NCBI GenBank assembly: GCA_963666365.2
Contig: CAXXNF010000001.1
Span: forward strand, 288,001-352,000
Direction of reading: 5' to 3'
Source of the DNA: Syntrophales bacterium
Lineage (GTDB): Bacteria > Desulfobacterota > Syntrophia > Syntrophales > UBA2210
DNA: 64,000 nt
Notes under the pieces: generated by a model
Seen by the model: only the letters and a program-made list of their open reading frames with translations
What the model was told of the DNA's origin: nothing
Database searches by the model: none
Made by a program: the position numbers and the translations under genes
In this document: positions 1 through 8,955 of the stretch, in pieces
How the letters are laid out: the number at the start of each line of letters is the position of its first letter
Numbering within the stretch: the first letter of the stretch is position 1

Positions 1-1
1 T

Positions 2-2053
2 GCCTCTCTGATGCGGAATGACGAGGGCATGCCCGTTGGATTTCGAGGCATTACACGAGACGTGACAAAGCGCAGCGTCATGGAACAGGCCCTGGAGGAA
101 AGTGAACGCCGGTACCGAATGATTACCGAAAAAATGACGGATATCGTGTGGATCACTGATAAGGATTTGCATGTGCGCTATGTGTCGCCCTCAATACAGC
201 ACATACTCGGCTTCAGTCAGGAAGAGCGCATGCAGATGACCGTCGCCGATCAATTCACCCCCGAATCCCTGTCCATCGGAATGGATGCATGGGCGCGGGA
301 GCTTGCGCTCGAAGAGCAGGATGGTGCAGACCCGGAAAGAAGCGCAACCCTTGTACTGGAATATTATCACAAGGACGGCACCACCCGGTGGATGGAAACG
401 ACCATGACCGGCATTCGAGATGATCGGGGAGCACTCACAGGGCTTCATGGGGTGTCCAGGGATGTCACCGAGCGCAAAAAGGCCGAGGAAGCGCTGGAGG
501 AGAGCGAGCGGCGCTATCGGATGATCGTGGAAAACATGCGTGATGTCATTATGGTGGTGGGTCTGAATTTGAAGGAACACTACCGCAGCCCTTCGGCGAC
601 AGAGCTCACCGGGTACAGTCTTGAAGAGTTAGCCGAGATTCCACTCAAAGAACAGATCACCCCTGAATCCTATGCCCTCATGGAAAAGGCCCTTGTAGAA
701 GAACTGGAAAAGGAGCACGGACCCGGGCCGGTGGATTTCAACAGGTCAAGGACGCTTGAACTGGAACTCTACCACAAGAACGGTGGTACGGTCTGGATTG
801 AGGAAACAACCTCCTTTCTCCGTGATGACGGCGGCAATCCCGTAGCAATTTTGATTGCCGCCAGAGATATTACCGCGCGCAAACGGGCGGAGGAAGAAAA
901 GGATGCACTCGAGAAGCAACTTATGCAGGCACAGAGAATGGAAACAGTGGGCCGTCTTGCCGGGGGTGTGGCACACGATTTCAACAATATGCTCAGCGTC
1001 ATTCTGGGATACGTGGATCTGGCGAAACTGCGCCTCACAGAAGAGCATCCCGTCATAAAAGACCTCGGGGAAATTGAAAAAGCCGCCCTTCGCTCCCGCG
1101 ACATCACCGCACAACTGCTGGCCTTTTCCCGAAGACAGGTCATTGCTCCAAAAGTCATCGACCTCAATGAAATGATTCTTCTTACGCAAAAATCCCTCAT
1201 ACGCCTTATCGGCGAACACATCGATCTGGCGGTGGTTCTCGACAAAAATCTCGGCCCGATCAAGATCGATCCTTCCCAGATTGAGCAGATTCTTGTCAAT
1301 CTCGCGGTGAATGGACGGGACGCAATGCCCGACGGTGGCACACTCACCATCGAAACAAAAAATATCGCCTTCGATGATCGCTACTGCAGGGACCACATCG
1401 AGTGTACGCCTGGTTGTTACGTCCAGCTCACCGTGAGCGACAGCGGAGAGGGGATGGGTCGGACAACGATGCAGCATATTTTTGAACCTTTTTTCACCAC
1501 GAAAGAGATAGGCAAGGGAACAGGCTTGGGACTGGCGACCGTTTATGGCATTGTAAAGCAGAACAATGGCGTCATCAGTGTGTACAGCGAACGGGGACAT
1601 GGAACAACCTTCAAGATCTATCTCCCCCGAACTATGGAAGAGCAAAAAATACAGGAGGAACTCGGGGCAATTCCCATACCGGCCGGAGAGGGAACCATTC
1701 TTCTGGTGGAGGATGATCCCATGGTTCTCGACATCACCAGGGGGATGCTGAAATCGCTGGGCTACGGAGTCATCACCGCAAAAACGCCCCTGGAGGCACT
1801 GGCGATCTTTAAAAAACAAGACAGAACCATTGATCTTGTCATCACCGATGTGATCATGCCTTCCATGAGCGGGAAAGAACTCACCGACACCTTCATTACA
1901 CTGAGTCCCGATGTAAAAGTGCTCTTCATGTCGGGATATACGGCCGATGCCATCGCCCATCACGGCGTTCTGGAAAGGGGGGTGCATTTCCTGCAGAAGC
2001 CCTTCAGCATACGGGACCTGGCCCGCACAGTGAAAGAAGTCATGGAGACGTGA
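2..2053 (+). CDS. Multi-PAS hybrid sensor histidine kinase/response regulator (5'-truncated by window edge)
   Basis: Frame is open from base 2. Two repeated PAS/PAC units (ALEESERRYRMI...), H-box LAGGVAHDFNN, G-boxes FEPFFTTK/GKGTGLGL, C-terminal receiver (LLVEDD, DVIMP, FLQKPF). Confidence 0.95.
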   Translation, partial: ASLMRNDEGMPVGFRGITRDVTKRSVMEQALEESERRYRMITEKMTDIVWITDKDLHVRYVSPSIQHILGFSQEERMQMTVADQFTPESLSIGMDAWARELALEEQDGADPERSATLVLEYYHKDGTTRWMETTMTGIRDDRGALTGLHGVSRDVTERKKAEEALEESERRYRMIVENMRDVIMVVGLNLKEHYRSPSATELTGYSLEELAEIPLKEQITPESYALMEKALVEELEKEHGPGPVDFNRSRTLELELYHKNGGTVWIEETTSFLRDDGGNPVAILIAARDITARKRAEEEKDALEKQLMQAQRMETVGRLAGGVAHDFNNMLSVILGYVDLAKLRLTEEHPVIKDLGEIEKAALRSRDITAQLLAFSRRQVIAPKVIDLNEMILLTQKSLIRLIGEHIDLAVVLDKNLGPIKIDPSQIEQILVNLAVNGRDAMPDGGTLTIETKNIAFDDRYCRDHIECTPGCYVQLTVSDSGEGMGRTTMQHIFEPFFTTKEIGKGTGLGLATVYGIVKQNNGVISVYSERGHGTTFKIYLPRTMEEQKIQEELGAIPIPAGEGTILLVEDDPMVLDITRGMLKSLGYGVITAKTPLEALAIFKKQDRTIDLVITDVIMPSMSGKELTDTFITLSPDVKVLFMSGYTADAIAHHGVLERGVHFLQKPFSIRDLARTVKEVMET

Positions 2054-2200
2054 TGCCCGCTCCCCGTCACAGGGAATCTGAAAGCTGAATAATTTAAAAG
2101 CATTGAACGCCCAAAGGGGCGGGAAATAAAACCCCAATGTGATTAAAAATGGGGCATAGCCCCCCTTGTTTCTCTCAGAACCTTTTTCAGTTGAATTTTC

Positions 2201-2229
2201 TTGACACATGGAATCCCGCTTTCTATAGT
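2201..2229 (+). promoter_or_regulatory. Sigma70-type promoter of the Fe-S oxidoreductase operon
   Basis: TTGACA (2201-2206), 17-nt spacer, TATAGT (2224-2229). Confidence 0.7.
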
Positions 2230-2417
2230 GAGCGCCGTTCCACTGAAGAGTGAGGTGAATCCATGAATCACCGCTCATGTATAGAGCCGGCATATTTATT
2301 TTTCTCAAAGTATTAGTCTATCTCATTTGATATTCGTTCTTTTATACGCTTCCCTATCGGGCCCAGTCTCTAATCCAGCCGGTGCTTTTCCGACTGGAAA
2401 CATAAAAGGAGGTCTCT

Positions 2418-3446
2418 ATGTATGCGTTGAAATTTAGCGAAAAGGTGTGCGCAACCTGTCCCTCGGCCGATTGTCTCCTCAAGTGCCAGTACATGGATTT
2501 TGAAAAAGAAGAAGCCCATGCAGAGATGATGAAAATCGTTCGCGGGGAGGATTCCCGGGTGCTTCACGAGTGCGTGACCTGTTACGCCTGCGAAGAGTAT
2601 TGCAAACGAGGAAATCATCCCTACTATCTTATCGGCGAGCGGAGGGAAGAAAAGGGCATTTACACCGCCCCCCGCCCGATAACCAATCAGTGGGTAAACA
2701 TGACCTCGATGCAGGGCAAGTATATGGTGGGCGACGTGAAAGAGAGGGCAGTCTCCTGCTGCCTGCTGCCGGAACTCGGAGAACTGGGGTCAGGAGAAAT
2801 CTTCAAGGATGTGGCGTCTTCCGCCGTGTTTGGCGCGGAATTCATGTGTCCCGCCGTCCATACGCATTTTGCCAGGATGTCCGTTATCAAGGAACGGCTC
2901 CCCGTGGTGATAGACAATATGGCAAAGTTGGGGATAAAGGAACTCATCTGCCTTCACGACGAATGCTACGGCACCTACCGGTCAATCGCTGCCGCCTACG
3001 GCATCGAGGTGCCTTTTAAACTCATCTACTACATGGATTTCCTCCTGGAACGGATGAAAGAGCTGAAAGACAAGATCGTCCCGCTGAATATCACCGTGGC
3101 CTATCAGCGCCCCTGTTCCAACAGGCTTATCCCCGACAAGCATCCCCTTGTAAGAGAAATATTAGATCTCATCGGCGTTACCATGCCGGATCGGGAGTAT
3201 CAGGACGAGAACTGCCTCTGCTGCGCCGAGCTCATCAGATCGATTGCAGGGTACCGGCTCGCCGACGATGTCCAGAAACGCAACATCGATGATATGTGCG
3301 CTGCGGGGGCCGAATACTGTGTATTCAACTGCCCCGCCTGCCAGACGGTGTTATCGGAAAAGGTTCTGCAAAAGGGACTGACGCCGATTCACATCATTGA
3401 TCTCTGCAAGATGGCCATCGGTGAAAAGGAAAGGGAGGTGAAGTAG
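2418..3446 (+). CDS. (Fe-S)-binding protein, CCG-domain / heterodisulfide reductase-related
   Basis: AGGAGG RBS; CATCPSADCLLKC and CVTCYACEEYC motifs; CCG-like YQRPC...LCCA...FNCPAC. Confidence 0.85.
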   Translation: MYALKFSEKVCATCPSADCLLKCQYMDFEKEEAHAEMMKIVRGEDSRVLHECVTCYACEEYCKRGNHPYYLIGERREEKGIYTAPRPITNQWVNMTSMQGKYMVGDVKERAVSCCLLPELGELGSGEIFKDVASSAVFGAEFMCPAVHTHFARMSVIKERLPVVIDNMAKLGIKELICLHDECYGTYRSIAAAYGIEVPFKLIYYMDFLLERMKELKDKIVPLNITVAYQRPCSNRLIPDKHPLVREILDLIGVTMPDREYQDENCLCCAELIRSIAGYRLADDVQKRNIDDMCAAGAEYCVFNCPACQTVLSEKVLQKGLTPIHIIDLCKMAIGEKEREVK

Positions 3447-3447
3447 C

Positions 3448-4827
3448 ATGAGCGACATACTGCAATCCCTGAAAGAAATCGTCGGAGAAAAAAGGGTTTC
3501 CGTCAATCCGGAAGAGCTCTGGTTCTATTCGAGAGACCCCGGCGTGCTGGATCCGCACGCGCCGGACTATGTTGTGGCCCCGAAAACAACGGAAGAGGTG
3601 CAGAAGATCGTTCAGCTGGCGAACCGTGAAAAGATCCCCCTCGTCCCCATGGGAAATGGCATGTCCCTGACAGGTCTTGTCATCCCCCTCAAAGGGGGTA
3701 TCGTCCTGGATATGAAGCAAATGAACAAGATTCTGGAAGTGAACGAAAAGGCGCGCTATGCCGTTGTCGAGGGGGGCACCTCTCAGGGAGTGCTCAAGGC
3801 CTACCTTGAGGATCACCACCCCATGCTGCGGCACAGCCTTCCCGACGCGCCCGCCACCACCACCATCGCCGCCAATGTGTCCCTTCATGGACAAGGAAGG
3901 CTGACAAACCAGTACGGCTTTAATTCCGATATGGTCACCGGCCTTGAGGTAGTGCTCCCCACCGGGGAGATCTGCAAGATCGGTTCACCCTCTCTGGGTC
4001 CTTACTGGTTCTCGAAAGGCCCCACGCTGCCCGACCTGTCGGGACTTTTTCTGGGGTGGCTCGGCACCACAGGGATCATCACCAAGGTGGGAATCCAGCT
4101 TTATCCCAACAAAAAATTCCGGGACGTGGAAGTCTTCGTCACTGATCGTGTTGAATTGATCCCGGATATTCTCTATAAGCTCACCCACCTTGAGATGCTC
4201 GAAGACATCAACGTCTGGTTTCAACCAAAGCCGATGATATTTAAAGGCAACTATCAGATCACCATATACTTTACCGGCGACAGGGAAGAAGAAATCGAGT
4301 TCAAGCGAGAGATGATCTGGAATGCCCTGCAGGAATACATAGATTCGAAAGACGCCGGCTTTATGAGCGTCGGGCCTATGAAAGACATAATGATGGAAAT
4401 GCCCCAGCGGGGCATTGCGGCATTTGCCGATGTCCCCCGGGGAGGAGGATTCGAGTATTCGGGTCCCATCACCATTATAGAGCATTTCCCCCAGTATGCC
4501 GCCAAAGTAGTTGAATTGGCGGAAAAATACGATGTCCTCTATGCCAGTTCGGCCCGGCTCATATCGGGAGGTCACTGTATGATGTACAGCATCTCCTTTG
4601 CGTTCAACCGCAACGACCCGGCAATGATGACACGGGTGAAACATGCCCTGGATGAGGCGACCGCTTTTGCGTTGGAAATGGGGGGCATCCCCTGGAAGCC
4701 CAATTATATGGAGCAGAAAATGACCATGGAAAAAATGGATCCCGTGGCGCTCAAGCTCCTCCAGATGGTGAAAAAGAACCTCGATCCCCTGGGAATCATG
4801 AATCCCGGAAATTGGGAGGTGAACTAA
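3448..4827 (+). CDS. FAD-binding oxidoreductase, GlcD/D-lactate dehydrogenase family
   Basis: PDYVVAPKTTEEVQKIV, GGIVLDMKQMNKILEV, GTTGIITK, C-terminal LDPLGIMNPG. Confidence 0.9.
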   Translation: MSDILQSLKEIVGEKRVSVNPEELWFYSRDPGVLDPHAPDYVVAPKTTEEVQKIVQLANREKIPLVPMGNGMSLTGLVIPLKGGIVLDMKQMNKILEVNEKARYAVVEGGTSQGVLKAYLEDHHPMLRHSLPDAPATTTIAANVSLHGQGRLTNQYGFNSDMVTGLEVVLPTGEICKIGSPSLGPYWFSKGPTLPDLSGLFLGWLGTTGIITKVGIQLYPNKKFRDVEVFVTDRVELIPDILYKLTHLEMLEDINVWFQPKPMIFKGNYQITIYFTGDREEEIEFKREMIWNALQEYIDSKDAGFMSVGPMKDIMMEMPQRGIAAFADVPRGGGFEYSGPITIIEHFPQYAAKVVELAEKYDVLYASSARLISGGHCMMYSISFAFNRNDPAMMTRVKHALDEATAFALEMGGIPWKPNYMEQKMTMEKMDPVALKLLQMVKKNLDPLGIMNPGNWEVN

Positions 4828-6002
4828 TGGACTACATACGTTCAATCGCACATGGAGATATCGTCCACCGCTGTTTCAGGTGTGGATATTGTAAATTCCC
4901 CCTGGATTACGTCGACTTCAACTGTCCCTCCTACAAGGCCTTTGGCTGGGACACCTATGCCCCGGGCGGCCGCATGTGGCTTATCAGGGCATGGCTTATG
5001 GGCGAAATCGAATCGACACAGAGTTTTGCAAAAATCCTTTACGCCTGCGTGTCCTGCGACAACTGCAAGGATCAATGTGTATTTGAGAGATTCAAGGATT
5101 ACCTGCCTGACGTGTTCCAGGAAACCAAGGCGGAACTGGTGAACGAGGGGGTGATCCCTCCCGAGGTCAGGGATTACTTCAAGGCCATTATCACAAACGG
5201 GAATCCCTACAAACTGCCCCAGGCCGAACGGGCGAAATGGGCCGAAGGCCTGGGGATTCCCGAGTTCACGGATCAGGAACACCTCTTTTATGTGGGCTGC
5301 GTCGGTTCCTATGACGAGGTCGGTCAAAAAATGGCACGGTCTGTGGCACACGCACTCTCGGATGCGGGAGTCTCCATCGGCATCCTGGGCAGCGAAGAGA
5401 CCTGCGACGGAAACGAGGTGCGAATCCTGGGCGAGATGGGCCTTTTCGAAGAGCTGGCCAAGGCAAACATAGAAAAATTCAAGGAACGGAACGTCTCGAA
5501 AATTATCACCCTCGATCCCCACGCCATGAATGCCTTCAAGAAAGAATATCCCAAGCAGGGCGGAAATTTCAAAGTCTTCCACTATACTGAGGTGCTGGCC
5601 AGGCGTATCAGGGAAGGCGCCCTATCCTTTTCCGAGTATCCCGTGAAAGTAACCTACCACGATCCCTGTTATCTGGGACGGCACAACGGCATCTACGATG
5701 CTCCGCGGGAGGTCCTGCAGGCCATTCCCGGCCTTGAACTGGTGGAGCTGCGACGGAATCGCCAATATGCGTTCTGCTGCGGCGGCGGCGGCGGAAACTT
5801 CTTCACGGACATTCTGGGCACCGACGAAGACAGCGCCGGCCGCGTCCGCGTGCGGGAGGCCTTTGAGACCGGGGCTCAGGTAATCGCCGTGGCCTGCCCC
5901 ACCTGCGCCAAGATGCTCGACGATGCCCTTAAAATCGAACAACTCGATGACAGGATGGAGGTTCTGAGCATTGCCGACATCGCATTGAAGGCGCGAAAGT
6001 AA
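4827..6002 (+). CDS. (Fe-S)-binding protein, GlcF/HdrD-like with two CCG domains
   Basis: TAATG overlap with the upstream stop; CFRCGYC, CVSCDNCKDQC, YHDPCYLGR, FCCGGGGG, ACPTC. Confidence 0.9.
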   Translation: MDYIRSIAHGDIVHRCFRCGYCKFPLDYVDFNCPSYKAFGWDTYAPGGRMWLIRAWLMGEIESTQSFAKILYACVSCDNCKDQCVFERFKDYLPDVFQETKAELVNEGVIPPEVRDYFKAIITNGNPYKLPQAERAKWAEGLGIPEFTDQEHLFYVGCVGSYDEVGQKMARSVAHALSDAGVSIGILGSEETCDGNEVRILGEMGLFEELAKANIEKFKERNVSKIITLDPHAMNAFKKEYPKQGGNFKVFHYTEVLARRIREGALSFSEYPVKVTYHDPCYLGRHNGIYDAPREVLQAIPGLELVELRRNRQYAFCCGGGGGNFFTDILGTDEDSAGRVRVREAFETGAQVIAVACPTCAKMLDDALKIEQLDDRMEVLSIADIALKARK

Positions 6003-6038
6003 CACCATATCGACTCTGACGAACACGAGGTTGTCGGA

Positions 6039-6065
6039 CGCCTGCCCCTTGAAAAGGGGCAGGCG
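6039..6065. terminator. GC-rich hairpin between convergent genes
   Basis: CGCCTGCCCCTT-GAA-AAGGGGCAGGCG, perfect 12-bp stem; the T-rich tract lies about 15 nt further on. Confidence 0.6.
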
Positions 6066-6243
6066 GTCAGGCCCGGGGTTTCGATTTTTTCTTTTATTTC
6101 GCGCTGCAGACGGAGACCAGCGACAGCGAGCTTTATGAAGAGAAGTAACGTGCCGATGCCACAGTAATTATACCGACTCATCTCGACGCAACACCGATCT
6201 GAAAGATCGTACTGCCCTGTGGTGTTGTGAAACACCCCCAGAA

Positions 6244-7065
6244 TCAAAAATAGATTCTGCTTTGTTTCTTCTTCATCTCCTCCTCGTCGGCGCCTTCCAT
6301 GGCAAGCTTTCCGGCCCATGAGCCGGAGGTGTCGTTGATGTGCAGGGCGCCTTCCGGACAGGCAGCCACGCAGCCGAGACAGGCGATGCACTTGTCTTTG
6401 TCCGCTTCCCCTCTTTCGGCATCAATGGCGCCGGTGGGACAGCGCTCTTCGCAGCACATGCACATGCTGCAGTCCTCGCCGTTTCGTGTGGGAAGCGTGG
6501 TGAGAATACCGAACCTGAACGCTTCGATCTGGTCGAGCTCATCTTCGGTGTAGGTCGTTTTCTCCATCTCCCCGAGGATTCCCTCGTCTTCTCCGGTGAA
6601 TCTTCGACAGATCCTCTCTACGAATTCCCGTGCCACAGCAAAATCCGATTCATCGGGCCTGCCCGCCATGGCTCTCCATCCTCCGAGATTGAAGGTATGC
6701 CACCCCAGAAATTCGGCTGAAGCGACGACGATGAAATTCCGGTCCGTCAGGATCTTTCTGGTGGAATAATGGGTGGGATGGACGCCGAATCCTCCGTAGG
6801 TAAAAAACATGGCGCACTTGCGGCGGCCGCCGTCAAGGGTGCGAAGCCAGTTGCGAAATACCCGGGGCGCCCGCCACGAATGAATCGGCGCCCCGAATAG
6901 ACAGGCATCATAGGGCTTAAAATCGATCGGCCGCTCATGATCGGCATGAGCGGTCACATCGAATTCATCCACCGCGCTGCCCAGATCATTAAAATGCTCT
7001 TTTATGACCTGCGCCATTTTTGCCGTATTTCCGGTAGCGGAAAAATACACAAGGGCTATTTTCAC
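6244..7065 (-). CDS. EFR1-type flavodoxin-ferredoxin fusion protein
   Basis: N-terminal flavodoxin YFSATGNT; two 4Fe-4S motifs CSMCMCCEERCP and CIACLGCVAACP; GTG start with AAAGGAGA RBS. Confidence 0.9.
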   Translation of the reverse strand: MKIALVYFSATGNTAKMAQVIKEHFNDLGSAVDEFDVTAHADHERPIDFKPYDACLFGAPIHSWRAPRVFRNWLRTLDGGRRKCAMFFTYGGFGVHPTHYSTRKILTDRNFIVVASAEFLGWHTFNLGGWRAMAGRPDESDFAVAREFVERICRRFTGEDEGILGEMEKTTYTEDELDQIEAFRFGILTTLPTRNGEDCSMCMCCEERCPTGAIDAERGEADKDKCIACLGCVAACPEGALHINDTSGSWAGKLAMEGADEEEMKKKQSRIYF

Positions 7066-7080
7066 GTGAATCTCCTTTCA

Positions 7081-7644
7081 TTATGACTTTTTGACCGGCC
7101 TCAGATGCATGCAGTACTTTTCTTCTTTTTCAATAGTCCAGCAGCCAGATTTCAGCATCTTGACCCGCGCCTCCCGCCTGCTCTGGTGGCCGTCGCTGAG
7201 GTAGAGCGAACCGCTCGGTTTCAGTATGCGATTCAATTCCCGTAAAAAGGAATCGGGGTCGCTTACCATATGGAACATGTCAAGGGCATAGATCACATCG
7301 GCGGCGCTATCGCCGAGGGGGCATTTCTCCTCTTTCGCCAGGAGCGCTTTGACATTATAAAGATTTTCTCTGACAATGCGTTTCTCCACTGCTTTGATCG
7401 CCAGTTCATGAATATCGACAGCAAACACCGTTCCATTTTCCCCCGCAAGCTCCGAGGCCCGCTTGAGATAGGACCCGGTACCGCAACCGTAGTCCACCAC
7501 CGTTTGCCCCTTGAGAATCCCGAACTTCCCCAGTCTATCGCCGGGCGTTGTGAGCCGATCCCGAAGAACGAACATCGCTGCCATAGCCCGAAAGGCGAAA
7601 TCGGGCATCCTGTCCATTTCTTTTCCTCGAAAATATTTACACAT
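7081..7644 (-). CDS. Class I SAM-dependent methyltransferase
   Basis: VVDYGCGTG motif I, VFAVDI, RILKPSG; AGGAGG RBS. Confidence 0.9.
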   Translation of the reverse strand: MCKYFRGKEMDRMPDFAFRAMAAMFVLRDRLTTPGDRLGKFGILKGQTVVDYGCGTGSYLKRASELAGENGTVFAVDIHELAIKAVEKRIVRENLYNVKALLAKEEKCPLGDSAADVIYALDMFHMVSDPDSFLRELNRILKPSGSLYLSDGHQSRREARVKMLKSGCWTIEKEEKYCMHLRPVKKS

Positions 7645-7656
7645 GGGTCCTCCTAG

Positions 7657-7673
7657 CGTTTAGCTACTAAACG
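7657..7673. promoter_or_regulatory. Palindromic operator, putative MarR site 1
   Basis: Perfect CGTTTAG-N3-CTAAACG just upstream of the methyltransferase RBS. Confidence 0.65.
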
Positions 7674-7689
7674 TACATTATAAAAAAAT

Positions 7690-8154
7690 TTACTGCCTCT
7701 TTTTTAAAAATGTTTCGAACGTGGCAAGAAATTCATCAAGGAACCTGATCTTCTCCTCCGGCAGATGGGTAAAATATTCCCTGAAACCTCCATCCATTTT
7801 CTCATGCCAGTATTCGTGTGCATAATAGGCGGTCTTCCCTTTCGCGGTCAGTCCTACCAATATGCGCGAGTTGTTTTCCGGATCGCCGTACTTGGCAATA
7901 AGATCTTTATTTTCCAGTTTTTTTAATGTCTGGGAAACGGCGCCCTTGGTGACCCCCATTGCACGGGCAATATCGGTCACTCCCATTTCCCCTTTATTGC
8001 CGATCACCTCAATCAGGTGGATCTCCGAGCTGTAGAGATCTTCCTCCAGGCCGAACCGGCGGGGACGCTTCTCCAGCTGCTGCCAGAGTTTCACCACTCT
8101 GGCGAATTTACCGATAATGGAAAAGGGTGATACCGTTTCATTACTCATGGCCAT
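7690..8154 (-). CDS. MarR family transcriptional regulator
   Basis: EIHLIEVIG...VTDIARAMGVTKGAVSQTLKKLENKDLI winged HTH; LTAKG. Start may be the second ATG at 8148. Confidence 0.92.
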   Translation of the reverse strand: MAMSNETVSPFSIIGKFARVVKLWQQLEKRPRRFGLEEDLYSSEIHLIEVIGNKGEMGVTDIARAMGVTKGAVSQTLKKLENKDLIAKYGDPENNSRILVGLTAKGKTAYYAHEYWHEKMDGGFREYFTHLPEEKIRFLDEFLATFETFLKKRQ

Positions 8155-8158
8155 GAAC

Positions 8159-8185
8159 CGTATAGCATCTAAACGCTTTTGTCAA
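8159..8185 (-). promoter_or_regulatory. marR promoter overlapped by putative MarR site 2
   Basis: Minus-strand TTGACA (8185-8180), 17-nt spacer, TACGGT; CGTATAG-N3-CTAAACG at 8159-8175 covers the spacer and the start of the -10. Confidence 0.6.
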
Positions 8186-8248
8186 TCACTTTTTTCCGTC
8201 AGGCACACACAATTTTTCGATGTAGAAATCCCTTAAGCTATGCTGCCT

Positions 8249-8719
8249 TTATTTGTTCTTTTCGGTAAGGCATTCCGAGAGGACATACTCAAATTGATGA
8301 AAGCAGGTATCTTTGTATATTTCTTCCTGCATGTAACGGTCCGCCTCTTCCTGCCTGCTGAAATCGCAGCCGGTCAGTGCTTTGCAGTCAGTGTCTCCGA
8401 AACGTTCGAGAAACCCCCGGAACAGCGCATTGACCGATTCGATCGCCGCAAGGCGCTGTTCGTTCTGGACGCCCGAAGCCATTGCCGGGTGATTTCCGGC
8501 CCTTAACCCGAGGAACGCCGCGCCGCCGAAGAGCGTGCCGCAAATGGTCTTCCCGGAATGAATCGCCCCCTGATAGCCGATTGCGGCGTTCTGATAGGGC
8601 GCCGCATCCCATCCTTCTTCCTCCCGCAGGACCTGCAGGGTCGCCTCCGCTCATGTGTAGCCTTCTGTCATAAGCATTACGCCGCGCTTCCAAAGTCTCC
8701 TGAGATAATCTTGCGTCAT
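8249..8719 (-). CDS. C-GCAxxG-C-C family redox protein with in-frame TGA (selenocysteine), 156 aa
   Basis: AGGAGG RBS, ATG at 8719; reads MTQDYLRRLWKRGVMLMTEGYT-U-AEATLQ...KTICGTLFGG...DTDCKALTG...KDTCFHQF. TGA (8653-8651) occupies the first conserved Cys position (GYxCAE). Confidence 0.85.
8623..8650 (-). promoter_or_regulatory. Putative bacterial SECIS element
   Basis: After TGA: GCGGAGGCGAC, then stem CCTGCAG, loop GTC, stem CTGCGGG; G-containing apical loop 18 nt from the UGA. Confidence 0.65.
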
Positions 8720-8955
8720 AAAAACATCCTCCTTTCTCAAAGCCGAAGTGATACACAACGGGGAATACGTTGACATCTGTTACCAGGAATCGGAACATTG
8801 CGTCAACCAATGATTTATCATTGACAACCCCACCTTCTCCTGTTACGTAGCCTCATAGTAAGATTCAATAATCGCATCTAATTGTTACCACTTTTTCATG
8901 AGTAGTACCTTCACCTTAGCAGGGGGTAGCCGCATATCCCCACAAGGAGCTGCCT

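Noticed and set aside
746..2308. 520-aa minus-strand ORF
   Set aside because: Antisense shadow of the hybrid kinase; no recognisable motifs.
8388..8810. 140-aa minus ORF and plus-strand ORFs over 8240-8773
   Set aside because: Alternative frames over the selenoprotein, which has the RBS and family motifs.
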